From the NCBI GenBank assembly GCA_965214605.1, contig OZ243961.1:3136001-3200000 (forward strand): 64,000 nucleotides of DNA, read 5' to 3'. The DNA is from an uncultured Candidatus Binatia bacterium. Its GTDB lineage: Bacteria; Desulfobacterota; Binatia; Bin18. Position 1 is the stretch's first letter, and every line of letters begins with the position of its first letter. Below are positions 29,042 to 38,796 of the stretch, piece by piece. A program made the translations under genes and the position numbers. The notes beneath the pieces are model-generated. The model worked only from the letters and a program-made list of their open reading frames with translations, was not told where the DNA came from and did no database searches.

Positions 29042-31672
29042 ATGTGGAAGAGAAGGTTATGGCAACTTGGACTAACGACAGGGCTAGTCATAGCCGTCGG
29101 AATGTCTGCGGCTGACGCGCAGGACACAGGCCAGCAAGAGCCGGCCCAAACGCAAACGACGGAGCAGGAAGAGCAAGTCATAGAACTCGGAGAACTCCAG
29201 GTGGTCGGCTCTCGCGTGGCTGGGCGTTCGGCCCAGGATTCTGCGGTGCCGGTGGACATCATCCGGGGTGAAGATCTGCAGAGCTACGGCATCCGCGACA
29301 TGGATTCGCTGTTGGCAGCGACCGTGCCGTCCTACAACGTCGGCCAAGAGCCCATCAGCGACGCAGCGACACTCATTCGTCCGGCCAACCTGCGTGGGCT
29401 ATCGCCGGACCAGACCTTGGTGCTGGTCAATGGCAAGCGTCGCCACCGTGCCTCGGTGATTACCTGGCTGGGCGGCGGCATTTCAGACGGCTCGCACGCG
29501 CCCGATATTTCGGTCATTCCGTCCATTGCGTTGGAGCGGGTCGAAGTGCTGCGTGACGGGGCGGCCGCCCAGTACGGGTCGGACGCCATTGCTGGCATCC
29601 TCAACTTCCGCCTGCGGGAAGATCGGGAGGGGTTGGAGGTGCAGACGAGCTACGGCCAGACCTACCACGGCGACGGCGACAAGGTGCAGGTGGCGGCGAA
29701 TCTGGGGCTGCCGCTGACCGATTCGGGTTTTGCCAACTTCAGCTTTGAGTTTGTCAATGCGGACGAGACGAGCCGCAGCCGGCAGCGGACGGACGCCCGG
29801 GGATTGATTGAGGCGGGCAACATGGATGTCCGTCGCCCGGCGGCCCAGATTTGGGGAGCGCCGGAGGTGGAGTACGACTACAAGTTTTTCGGCAACCTCG
29901 GGTTAGACCTTGAAGACCTGAAGGCCCGGCTGTACGCTTTTGGGAACTATGCTGAGCGCAGAGTTGAGGGGGGCTTCTTCTTCCGCAATCCCAATACCCG
30001 TGGGGGAGTCTTTGACGGTCCGGGCGATACGCTCAAGGTGGCCGACCTGTCGGGCATGGGTCTCGGCTGTCCTCCTGTTCCGATTAATGCCGCGGCCGAC
30101 TACACGGACGCGCTGGCTGGCTTGCCCGAGCACTGTTTTGCCTTCAACGAGCGCTTTCCGGGCGGGTTTACGCCCCGCTTTGGCGGTTACATTCAGGACT
30201 GGAGCATTGTCTTTGGCCTGCGCGGTGAGGTAGAGAGTGCGTTTACGTTGCTGGACGGCTGGTTCTACGATGCTAGCGCCAACTTTGGTCACAACAGCGT
30301 AGACTTCTTCATGTTCAACACCATCAACCCGCAGCTGGCCGGCATGCGCACAGAAATTCCAACAGCTTACCGGCCTGGTGGCTATACGGAGTTCGACAAA
30401 GTGTTCAACTTCGACATCTCACGGCCGTTTGACGTCGGGCTGTTCTACTCCCCGCTGCACTTCGCCTTTGGGCTGGAGTACCGGGAAGAACAGTTTGAGG
30501 TCGAAGCCGGGGGTGAGAACTCTTGGTACGTCGATGACGGCCCCAACGGCTTAGCGGCCCAGGGGTTCGGTATTGCCTCCAACGGCTTTCCGGGTTTCAG
30601 GCCGGATATCGCCGGCACCTTCGAGCGCAACAGCTACGCCGGCTATATCGATATGGAGACCGAAGTCATTGAGAACATCACGATTGGCCTTGCTGGGCGG
30701 TATGAAGATTTTGAGAGCGTGGGCGATACCGTCAATGGGAAGGCGTCAGCCCGTTGGCAATTTCTCCCCGGCTGGGCGCTGCGTGGTTCGGTCAGTTCAG
30801 GGTTTCGCGCTCCGACCGTAGGGCAGGCCCATGTCCGCAATGTGACGACCGCCTTTGACGCCGGCCGGCTGGCAGACCGGGCCACCCTACCGCCGGACCA
30901 TCCGATTTCTGTCCTGAAGGGCGGAAAAAGCCTGGACCCGGAAAAGTCCGTTAACTATTCGGTCGGGACGGTGTTTGGCCTGGGCGACCTCAGCGTCACT
31001 GTTGACTATTACCGCATCAAGGTGCAGGACCGCATCGGGCAGACCGCCTCACAGACATTGTCCGATATGGATAAGGCTGCACTGCTGGCCCAGGGGGTCA
31101 CGGATGCGTCGAGTTACTCAAGTGTCAGGTTTTTCGCCAACGCTTTTGACACCACGACTCAAGGAGTGGATGTTGTAGCAACTTACCCCTTGCAGACGGT
31201 TGCCGGTGACACTCTGTTTACGTTTGTGGGCAACTGGAACGACACCGAGGTTGACCGATTCGACCCGAATGTCATTGGCTCACTGCGGCTCCTTCAGCTT
31301 GAAGAGGCCCTGCCGGAGTTCCGCTTCTCGCTCATGGCCGACCACACCTGGGGGCCGTGGCGGCTCCTGACCCGGCTGCATTTCTATGATGAGTTCTTTG
31401 AGCCTCACCTCGACTCGGCGAACCCCGATGGCAGCCCGACGTTTCCTATTGATGCAGGCGAGCGCTGGCTTGTGGACATGGAACTCTCCTACACGCTGAT
31501 GAATCTGCCGTTCGTCAGGGCGACGACCCTGGCCTTTGGCGTGGAAAACCTGTTCGATACCTACCCGCGCAGAAACCCGTACGCTGGCGTTGTCGGTGCG
31601 AAATACCCGGAATCCTCGCCCTACGGCTTTAACGGCGGTTTCTACTATCTCCGCGCCGCTTTCGAGTTCTAA
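29042..31672 (+). CDS. TonB-dependent receptor 1
   Basis: Signal peptide, TonB-box-like LQVVGSR, plug motifs LRGL..LVLVNGKR and ERVEVLRDGAAAQYGSDAIAG, C-terminal F. Confidence 0.93.
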   Translation: MWKRRLWQLGLTTGLVIAVGMSAADAQDTGQQEPAQTQTTEQEEQVIELGELQVVGSRVAGRSAQDSAVPVDIIRGEDLQSYGIRDMDSLLAATVPSYNVGQEPISDAATLIRPANLRGLSPDQTLVLVNGKRRHRASVITWLGGGISDGSHAPDISVIPSIALERVEVLRDGAAAQYGSDAIAGILNFRLREDREGLEVQTSYGQTYHGDGDKVQVAANLGLPLTDSGFANFSFEFVNADETSRSRQRTDARGLIEAGNMDVRRPAAQIWGAPEVEYDYKFFGNLGLDLEDLKARLYAFGNYAERRVEGGFFFRNPNTRGGVFDGPGDTLKVADLSGMGLGCPPVPINAAADYTDALAGLPEHCFAFNERFPGGFTPRFGGYIQDWSIVFGLRGEVESAFTLLDGWFYDASANFGHNSVDFFMFNTINPQLAGMRTEIPTAYRPGGYTEFDKVFNFDISRPFDVGLFYSPLHFAFGLEYREEQFEVEAGGENSWYVDDGPNGLAAQGFGIASNGFPGFRPDIAGTFERNSYAGYIDMETEVIENITIGLAGRYEDFESVGDTVNGKASARWQFLPGWALRGSVSSGFRAPTVGQAHVRNVTTAFDAGRLADRATLPPDHPISVLKGGKSLDPEKSVNYSVGTVFGLGDLSVTVDYYRIKVQDRIGQTASQTLSDMDKAALLAQGVTDASSYSSVRFFANAFDTTTQGVDVVATYPLQTVAGDTLFTFVGNWNDTEVDRFDPNVIGSLRLLQLEEALPEFRFSLMADHTWGPWRLLTRLHFYDEFFEPHLDSANPDGSPTFPIDAGERWLVDMELSYTLMNLPFVRATTLAFGVENLFDTYPRRNPYAGVVGAKYPESSPYGFNGGFYYLRAAFEF
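29501..30000 (+). repeat. 500-bp direct repeat, copy 1 (matches 32794-33293)
   Basis: Read by eye with no mismatch found, from cccgatatttcgg to cccaatacccg. Confidence 0.9.
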
Positions 31673-32004
31673 CCGGATGACCCGATGCGGTGGCTGGACG
31701 TTCGGGCAAGATCGGGAGAAGCAGCGTGGCTGATGCGGAAGATGGGTGCAGCGCGAAGACAGCGGATTCGCTCCGACTTTTCCACACTCAGGAACACCAT
31801 GACTGAACTCAAGACGGCTCTGATCCAATGCCACCGCTTCGGAGAACGCTCCGACAATCGTGGCTTCCTTCACGAAGCTCAGCATCAATATCTTGCCGGG
31901 AGTCCGCTCTAGCCGAAGGGGCCTTAACATGGCTGATGCGGCCCCGATATCGCAGGCCATTCGTGCCGCCGTTCGACATGAGCAAGAACATTGTAGCCAA
32001 GGCG

Positions 32005-32042
32005 GCGTCCTCCGAGGCGGTGTCACTCACCTCGGAGGACGC
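32005..32042. other. Strong inverted repeat between the receptor genes
   Basis: GCGTCCTCCGAGG-N12-CCTCGGAGGACGC (13-bp perfect stem). Confidence 0.7.
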
Positions 32043-32277
32043 TATATGGGGTCGACAAATCCATCGCCCGACTTTTGAGGAAGCAAGGATTACCGCTCTC
32101 CTCAGTCAATCGGTTCCCGTGCCGGAGATGAGAGGCGCGGGGGCCTGGTGTAACCCACCCAAGGCGTCTTGGAAGCAGGCCGGTATCATGCGTCAGCGGC
32201 AGAGTACGCATTGCCGCAAATGCCTGCAGACCCAGAGCGCCATCTAGCTGGCAGAGTTCTTGCCGCTCGCTCCTCTC

Positions 32278-32306
32278 TTGGACCCCCTTTTGATGCAGAG
32301 TATAAG
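32278..32306 (+). promoter_or_regulatory. Candidate sigma70 promoter of receptor 2
   Basis: TTGGAC-17-TATAAG. Confidence 0.45.
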
Positions 32307-32382
32307 CCCGTTATGGGGAGTGCGGGGCTTTGGCTGGTGTAGGCGGGCATAGAGACGGGGCAATACTCCTCAGGAGAAGCCG

Positions 32383-34941
32383 ATGACGAAGTGGTGGTAT
32401 GTGGGAGTCGGTCTGCTCGTTGTCATGGGCGTGGACACGGTCGGCGCGCAGGACGCCAGCTATCCAGAGGAGCCGATAGGGCTCGAAGCACTCCAGGTGG
32501 TGGGTTCGCGCCTGCCTGGGCGTTCGGCCCAGGATTCTGCGGTGCCGGTGGACATTATCCGGGGTGAAGATCTGCAGAGTTACGGCATCCGCGACATGGA
32601 TTCGCTGTTGGCAGCGACCGTGCCGTCCTACAACGTCAACCAGCAGCCCATCAGCGACGCGGCGACTTTTGTTAGGCCGGCCAATCTGCGCGGGCTGTCG
32701 GCGGACTCCAGCCTGGTGTTGGTTAACGGCAAACGTCGCCACCGTGCCTCGGTCATCTCCTTTACCGACGGGACCAATTATGGGGCGCAAGGACCCGATA
32801 TTTCGGTCATTCCGTCCATTGCGTTGGAGCGGGTCGAAGTGCTGCGTGACGGGGCGGCCGCCCAGTACGGGTCGGACGCCATTGCTGGCATCCTCAACTT
32901 CCGCCTGCGGGAAGATCGGGAGGGGTTGGAGGTGCAGACGAGCTACGGCCAGACCTACCACGGCGACGGCGACAAGGTGCAGGTGGCGGCGAATCTGGGG
33001 CTGCCGCTGACCGATTCGGGTTTTGCCAACTTCAGCTTTGAGTTTGTCAATGCGGACGAGACGAGCCGCAGCCGGCAGCGGACGGACGCCCGGGGATTGA
33101 TTGAGGCGGGCAACATGGATGTCCGTCGCCCGGCGGCCCAGATTTGGGGAGCGCCGGAGGTGGAGTACGACTACAAGTTTTTCGGCAACCTCGGGTTAGA
33201 CCTTGAAGACCTGAAGGCCCGGCTGTACGCTTTTGGGAACTATGCTGAGCGCAGAGTTGAGGGGGGCTTCTTCTTCCGCAATCCCAATACCCGCTCAGGC
33301 GTGTTCTCCAAGGACGGAGGCAAGACGCTGCTGGTGGCTGATCTGTCGGGGACCAACGCCGGCTGTCCCACTATCCGCACCAATCCCGCGGCCAATTACC
33401 AAGGCCTGCTGGACGGCTATCCTCACTGCTTTGCTCTGAACGAGCGCTTTCCGGGCGGGTTTACGCCCCGCTTCGGCGGCGCTATCCGAGACTGGAGCGT
33501 TACCTTTGGCCTGCGCGGCACGCTGGACAGCGCGTCTACGTTGCTGAACGGCTGGATCTATGACGCCAGCGCCAGCTTTGGTCACAACAGCGTGGACTTC
33601 TTTATGCACAACACCATCAATCCGCAGCTGGCCGCCCTGCGGAACGACATTCCGACTTCATACCGACCTGGCAGCAACACCCAGCTTGAGAGGACGTTCA
33701 ATTTGGATATCTCCAGAGCGTTCGATCTCGGCCTTTTTTTCTCTCCGCTCAACGTTGCCTTCGGCTTTGAGTATCATATGGAGGAGTACGAACAGGAAAT
33801 CGGGGCAGAGAACTCCTGGTTTATCAACGAAGAGCTCGACCTCGCCGGCCAGGGCTTTGGTATCGGCTCCAACGGCTTCACCGGCTACCGGCCGGACTCT
33901 GCTGGCGTCTTCAAACGCAACAACTACGCGCTCTACATGGACCTGGAGGCCGAGGTCATTGAATCTGTCGGCCTGGGGTTGGCCGGCCGCTACGAGAACT
34001 TTGACAGCAACATCGGCGAGTCGCTCAACGGCAAGGTCTCGGCCCGGTGGCAGATGTTGGAAGCACTCGCGTTGCGCGGTTCGGTCGGCTCGGGCTTCCG
34101 CGCCCCGACCCCGGGGCAATCCAATGTGCGTAAGGTCAACACCGCGTTTACCGATGCCGGGCTGGTGGACCAGGGTATTTTTCCCTCACACCACCCAGTC
34201 GCGGCCTTCTTTGGCGGAAGGCCGCTGGAGCCGGAAAAATCGGTCAACTATTCGGTCGGAGCCGTGCTGAACCTCGGCGAGCTGAGTCTGACCCTCGACT
34301 ATTACCGGATCAAAGTGCAGGATCGCATTGGGTTGACCAAGGATTTCAACGTCACGCCCGAGCGGCGGGCGGCCTTCAACCGGCTGTCTCCCGACGCCAG
34401 TTCCATCACCTCGGTACGCTACTTCACCAACGCCTTTGACACGACTGCCGAGGGGGTCGATATTGTTGCGGCCTACCCGTTGACGACCCTGGCCGGTGAC
34501 ACCGCCCTGACCCTGGTCGGCAACTGGAATGAGTTGACCGTCGACAGCCGCGACACGACCGTTATCAACGACCGCCAAGTCCGTCAGATGGAAGACGGAT
34601 TGCCGCAGTTCCGGTTCTCGCTGACCGTGGATCACGCCTCTGGGCCGTGGCGGCTGTTGACCCGGGTGTATTTCTACGATGATTTCTTCGAAGCCCACGG
34701 CAACACCGCCAGCTTCCTATCCGCTGGCGAACGCTGGTTGACTGACGTGGAAGCCTCCTACACCTTTCTCGACATGCCGTTGGCCGGATCGGTGACGCTT
34801 GCGGTCGGCGCAGAAAATGTTTTCGATGTCTACCCGCGCAAAAATCCCTACGCCCGTGACCTCGGCGCCAACTACCCGGAGTCCTCGCCCTATGGTTTCA
34901 ACGGTGGGTTCTACTATCTACGGGCCGGCTTTCAGTTCTAG
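32383..34941 (+). CDS. TonB-dependent receptor 2 (paralogue of receptor 1)
   Basis: Same motifs as receptor 1, ending YPESSPYGFNGGFYYLRAGFQF. RBS AGGAG. Confidence 0.93.
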   Translation: MTKWWYVGVGLLVVMGVDTVGAQDASYPEEPIGLEALQVVGSRLPGRSAQDSAVPVDIIRGEDLQSYGIRDMDSLLAATVPSYNVNQQPISDAATFVRPANLRGLSADSSLVLVNGKRRHRASVISFTDGTNYGAQGPDISVIPSIALERVEVLRDGAAAQYGSDAIAGILNFRLREDREGLEVQTSYGQTYHGDGDKVQVAANLGLPLTDSGFANFSFEFVNADETSRSRQRTDARGLIEAGNMDVRRPAAQIWGAPEVEYDYKFFGNLGLDLEDLKARLYAFGNYAERRVEGGFFFRNPNTRSGVFSKDGGKTLLVADLSGTNAGCPTIRTNPAANYQGLLDGYPHCFALNERFPGGFTPRFGGAIRDWSVTFGLRGTLDSASTLLNGWIYDASASFGHNSVDFFMHNTINPQLAALRNDIPTSYRPGSNTQLERTFNLDISRAFDLGLFFSPLNVAFGFEYHMEEYEQEIGAENSWFINEELDLAGQGFGIGSNGFTGYRPDSAGVFKRNNYALYMDLEAEVIESVGLGLAGRYENFDSNIGESLNGKVSARWQMLEALALRGSVGSGFRAPTPGQSNVRKVNTAFTDAGLVDQGIFPSHHPVAAFFGGRPLEPEKSVNYSVGAVLNLGELSLTLDYYRIKVQDRIGLTKDFNVTPERRAAFNRLSPDASSITSVRYFTNAFDTTAEGVDIVAAYPLTTLAGDTALTLVGNWNELTVDSRDTTVINDRQVRQMEDGLPQFRFSLTVDHASGPWRLLTRVYFYDDFFEAHGNTASFLSAGERWLTDVEASYTFLDMPLAGSVTLAVGAENVFDVYPRKNPYARDLGANYPESSPYGFNGGFYYLRAGFQF
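32794..33293 (+). repeat. 500-bp direct repeat, copy 2
   Basis: Matches 29501-30000. Confidence 0.9.
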
Positions 34942-34992
34942 CCCGCCCCATTCACCGCCGGGATGACGCCTGTCCGCCCTGCCGCGTCAGCT

Positions 34993-35021
34993 TTGCATCC
35001 GCAGAGTGATTGGCGTATCCT
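34993..35021 (+). promoter_or_regulatory. Sigma70 promoter, leaderless geometry for folD
   Basis: TTGCAT-17-TATCCT-7-ATG(35029), with no SD. Confidence 0.55.
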
Positions 35022-35028
35022 GAGCCGT

Positions 35029-35895
35029 ATGGCCAGGGGTATCGTTCTTGACGGCAGAGCCATCGCCCAGTCTATCCGCCAGGCCGTACAGGGGGAGGTT
35101 GAGGACTTTCGCACCCAGTCGGACAGGGTGCCGGGACTGGCCACCATCCTGATTGGCGAGAACGCCGCCTCCCGCGTGTACGTCGGCACCAAGGAGAGGG
35201 CGTGTCGGAAAGTCGGGATTCAATCCTTTGGCTATCGGCTGCCCGAGACCGTGGCCGCCTCCGAGGTCCGGGCCCTTATCGCTGAGCTGAACGCCCGCAC
35301 GGACGTGAGCGGCGTCTTAATCCAGCTGCCCTTCCCCCCCCATCTCGACCAAGAGCGGTTGATTGAGGAGCTTAATCCGGACAAGGATGTTGACGGCTTA
35401 CACCTCCTCAATCAGGGCCGGTTGCTGCGGGGCGAAGACGGCTTGCGGCCGTGTACCCCGCTCGGCGTGATGCATCTGCTCGAGCAGACCGGAGTATCCC
35501 TCGTCGGTCAAAAAGCGGCCGTCATCGGGCGCAGTCACCTGGTCGGTCGGCCCCTGATTTTTCTGTTGTTAGAGCAGCACGCGACCGTCACCTGTTGTCA
35601 CTCCCGGACGACCGATCTGGCCCAGGAAGTCCGTCAAGCCGATATTGTCATTCCTGCTATCGGACAGCCGGGTGCGATTCGTGGGGAGTGGATCAAAGAG
35701 GGGGCGATTGTTATTGACGTTGGCATTTCTCGGCTGGCGGACGGCTCGCTGAGGGGGGACGTGGATTTTCCGACGGCCAAAGAACGGGCGACGTTTATTA
35801 CCCCGGTTCCCGGCGGGGTTGGCCCAATGACAGTAGCTATGCTGCTGCGCAATACGCTCAAAGCGGCCCGGCGGCAGTTCGCACGCACCATCTAA
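35029..35895 (+). CDS. folD: Methylenetetrahydrofolate dehydrogenase/cyclohydrolase
   Basis: PDKDVDGLH, PCTP, GRSHLVGRP, IDVG, TPVPGGVGPMT. Confidence 0.97.
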   Translation: MARGIVLDGRAIAQSIRQAVQGEVEDFRTQSDRVPGLATILIGENAASRVYVGTKERACRKVGIQSFGYRLPETVAASEVRALIAELNARTDVSGVLIQLPFPPHLDQERLIEELNPDKDVDGLHLLNQGRLLRGEDGLRPCTPLGVMHLLEQTGVSLVGQKAAVIGRSHLVGRPLIFLLLEQHATVTCCHSRTTDLAQEVRQADIVIPAIGQPGAIRGEWIKEGAIVIDVGISRLADGSLRGDVDFPTAKERATFITPVPGGVGPMTVAMLLRNTLKAARRQFARTI

Positions 35896-35898
35896 GAT

Positions 35899-36996
35899 AT
35901 GCCTCAACAGACCCCCCTGTACGACGTCCATCGAGCTTTGGGGGCGCGTTTCACCGTCTTTGCAGGCTGGGACATGCCGGTCCGGTACTCGGGTATTGTG
36001 GCCGAACACCGGGCGGTGCGGACCCGAGCCGGGCTGTTTGACCTCAGCCATATGGGTGAGATTGAGGTCCGTGGTCCTCGCGCCTTGGAGGTGTGTCAGG
36101 AACTGCTGGTGACCGATGTGGCTCGGCTGGCAATCGGCCAAGCGCACTACAGCCTCTTGTGCAACGCCGACGGAGGTATTCTTGACGACGTGATTGTCTA
36201 TCGGCTCGCCCCGGAGCGGTATTATGTGTGTGTTAACGCGGCTCAGAGCGAGACCGATTTTGAGTGGTGGGCCAGCTCTAACCGGGGCCGCGCCGAACTG
36301 ATCAATCGGAGTGCCCAGACGGCCCTGGTCGCCGTCCAAGGGCCACGGGCGCAGGACATCCTCCAGCGCCTCACGCCTCTAGACGTGTCCGCCATCGGGC
36401 GTTATTGGTCAGCCTGGGGTGAGCTTGCCGGTATAGCTGGACTTATGGCCCGGACCGGCTATACCGGAGAGGATGGCTTTGAGCTGTTCGTGTCTGCCGA
36501 GCACGCCCAGCGTGTATGGACGGGGTGTCTGGAGGCGGGTCAGGCGGACGGTCTGGTGCCGGTGGGTCTTGGCGCGCGCGATACCCTGCGGCTTGAATCC
36601 GGCTATTTGTTATATGGACAGGATATTGACAGCCACAGCTCGCCCTTTGAAGCCGGGCTGTCACGCCTGGTGCACTTTGAGAGCGGGGACTTTATCGGCC
36701 GCCCGGCCCTGGTGCGACAAAAAGAGTGCGGGGTGACGAAAAAGTTGATTGGGCTACGGCTGGAAGGGCCGGGTATTCCGCGGACTGGATATCCGTTGGG
36801 GATAGGTGGGCAGGCGGTTGGTCATATCACGAGCGGAACGCAGTCTCCCAGCTTAGGAGTTGGCATCGGCCTGGGATACGGACCTCCGACGGCGATCCCA
36901 GGGATGGAACTGTGGGTAGAAATCCGCAGCCGTCGGGTTCGTGCTCGGGTCGTGAAACCGCCTTTCTATCGTAGGAGAAAGGGGTCGAGAGTTTAG
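35899..36996 (+). CDS. gcvT: Glycine cleavage T protein (aminomethyltransferase)
   Basis: FAGWDMPVRY, LFDLSHMGE, RTGYTGEDGFE, GLGARDTLRLE. Confidence 0.97.
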   Translation: MPQQTPLYDVHRALGARFTVFAGWDMPVRYSGIVAEHRAVRTRAGLFDLSHMGEIEVRGPRALEVCQELLVTDVARLAIGQAHYSLLCNADGGILDDVIVYRLAPERYYVCVNAAQSETDFEWWASSNRGRAELINRSAQTALVAVQGPRAQDILQRLTPLDVSAIGRYWSAWGELAGIAGLMARTGYTGEDGFELFVSAEHAQRVWTGCLEAGQADGLVPVGLGARDTLRLESGYLLYGQDIDSHSSPFEAGLSRLVHFESGDFIGRPALVRQKECGVTKKLIGLRLEGPGIPRTGYPLGIGGQAVGHITSGTQSPSLGVGIGLGYGPPTAIPGMELWVEIRSRRVRARVVKPPFYRRRKGSRV

Positions 36997-37005
36997 GAGG
37001 TCTCG

Positions 37006-37407
37006 GTGGACGTTCCAAAAGAGCTTCGCTATTCAGCGGAACACGAATGGGTCGCTGTTGAGGATGGCATTGCCCGGGTGGGCATCACCGACTACGCCCA
37101 GGACCAACTCGGCGATATCGTCTACGTCGAGCTGCCCGAGGTTGGGACGGCAGTGCAGAAGGAAGAGCCGTTTGGGGTGGTCGAGTCGGTCAAAGCGGTC
37201 TCTGATATCTTCTCACCCGTGAGTGGAACCGTGGTTGAGGTTAATATTGATCTGCCCAGCAGTCCAGAGATGGTCAACGACGATCCGTATGGCGATGCCT
37301 GGATGATCGGGATTCAAGTCAGTGAGCCAGATGAGCTCGAAGATCTGATGGACGCCGAAGAGTACATCGCGTTTGTCGAACAAGAGCAGGCCGACCAGGA
37401 AGAATAA
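37006..37407 (+). CDS. gcvH: Glycine cleavage H protein
   Basis: HEWV, GITDYAQDQLGDIVYVELP, lipoyl motif VESVKAVS. Confidence 0.97.
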   Translation: MDVPKELRYSAEHEWVAVEDGIARVGITDYAQDQLGDIVYVELPEVGTAVQKEEPFGVVESVKAVSDIFSPVSGTVVEVNIDLPSSPEMVNDDPYGDAWMIGIQVSEPDELEDLMDAEEYIAFVEQEQADQEE

Positions 37408-37422
37408 GGGAGGGGCTGCACT

Positions 37423-38772
37423 ATGCGCTACATCCCTCACACAGAGCACGATATCGGCTCCATGCTAGCGGTCCTCGGGCTTCAGTCCGTTGATGAGCTG
37501 TTTGCGCATCTGCCGGGCGCTCTGCGCGCCCAGGCGCACATCGATCTGCCGCCGGGTCTGTCTGAGGCGGAACTGAGGGGCCGTTTGACCGAGTTGGCCG
37601 GCCGCAATCTGAGCGATCCCGTCTCTGCGGTTTTTCTGGGCGCCGGCGCCTATCCTCACAGCGTCCCCGTCGTCGTTGACCAGGTCATCCAGCGGGGAGA
37701 ATTTGCGACCGCCTATACCCCATATCAACCCGAGGTCAGCCAGGGAACGCTGCAGGCGGTGTTCGAGTTCCAGTCCCTCATTGCAGGTCTGCTCGGTTTA
37801 GACGTTGCCAATGCCAGTATGTACGACGGGGCCTCGGCCACGGCCGAGGCGGTCTTAATGGCCAAACGCATCCTGCCCAAGCGCTCAAAAGTCCTAGTCT
37901 CCAAAGCCCTCCATCCCCAATACCGGCAGGTCATTCAGACCTATTTGGACGGCTTCCCCGATGCGCAGGTGCGTGAGCTTGGGTGGGCCGAAGACGGGCG
38001 TGTGGACCGCGCGGCTTTGCAGGAGCAGTTGGATGAGACCGTGATCGGGGCGGTCATCGGCTATCCGAACGTTTTCGGCATTGTTGAGGATGTGGCGGCT
38101 ATTAGCGGGGCCGTTCATCAGTGCGGCGGCTTGGCCATCAGCGCGACAACCGAAGCACTTGCGCTGGGGCTGCTCAGATCACCGGGCGAACTCGGAGCAG
38201 ATATCGCGGTGGCTGAGGGGCAGAGCCTCGGGATTCCGATGAGCTACGGGGGACCGGGGATCGGCCTGTTTGCCTGTCGCCAGCGCTATCTGCGCAATAT
38301 GCCCGGTCGGCTCGTTGGGGAGACGCTTGATCAAGACGGACGACGCGGCTTTGTCCTGACCCTGGCGACCCGCGAGCAGCACATCCGCCGCGAGCGGGCG
38401 ACGTCGAATATCTGCACCAACCAGGGCTTGTGCGCGCTGGCCGTGACGGTCTTTCTGTGCCTGATGGGCCGCCGGGGGCTACGACAGTTGGCCCGGCACA
38501 ATGTCGCCAAGAGCCATTATGCCCAAGAGCTATTGACCCACCACAGCCCGTGTCAGGCGCGTTTTTCAGCCCCGTTTTTTAACGAATTCGTCCTGCGCGT
38601 CCCCGATGCCGCGGTCGCCTGGCAGCGTCTCAAGGCCGAGGGGCTTGTCGCCGGTCTGCCGCTGGCAGAGTGGTATCCGGAGCTGTCCGACTGTTTGCTG
38701 GTGTGTGTGACCGAAACGCACCCGCAGGGAGCCATTGAGCGGCTGGCCGCAAGACTCGGGGCTCGCGACTAG
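37423..38772 (+). CDS. gcvPA: Glycine dehydrogenase subunit 1
   Basis: AYTPYQPEVSQG, ANASMYDGA, REQHIRRERATSNICTN. Confidence 0.97.
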   Translation: MRYIPHTEHDIGSMLAVLGLQSVDELFAHLPGALRAQAHIDLPPGLSEAELRGRLTELAGRNLSDPVSAVFLGAGAYPHSVPVVVDQVIQRGEFATAYTPYQPEVSQGTLQAVFEFQSLIAGLLGLDVANASMYDGASATAEAVLMAKRILPKRSKVLVSKALHPQYRQVIQTYLDGFPDAQVRELGWAEDGRVDRAALQEQLDETVIGAVIGYPNVFGIVEDVAAISGAVHQCGGLAISATTEALALGLLRSPGELGADIAVAEGQSLGIPMSYGGPGIGLFACRQRYLRNMPGRLVGETLDQDGRRGFVLTLATREQHIRRERATSNICTNQGLCALAVTVFLCLMGRRGLRQLARHNVAKSHYAQELLTHHSPCQARFSAPFFNEFVLRVPDAAVAWQRLKAEGLVAGLPLAEWYPELSDCLLVCVTETHPQGAIERLAARLGARD

Positions 38773-38796
38773 ACGTGGGAACAGACAGGAGCCGCT

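Noticed and set aside
32125-32245. Lysine riboswitch (AGAGGCGC ... GAGCGCCATCT)
   Set aside because: About 115 nt, well short of an L-box. It lacks the internal GAAAGG/CGCCGAA elements and lies upstream of the likely promoter.
29501-33293. Diversity-generating retroelement TR/VR pair
   Set aside because: No adenine-specific mismatches, no reverse transcriptase in the window, and both copies are coding.
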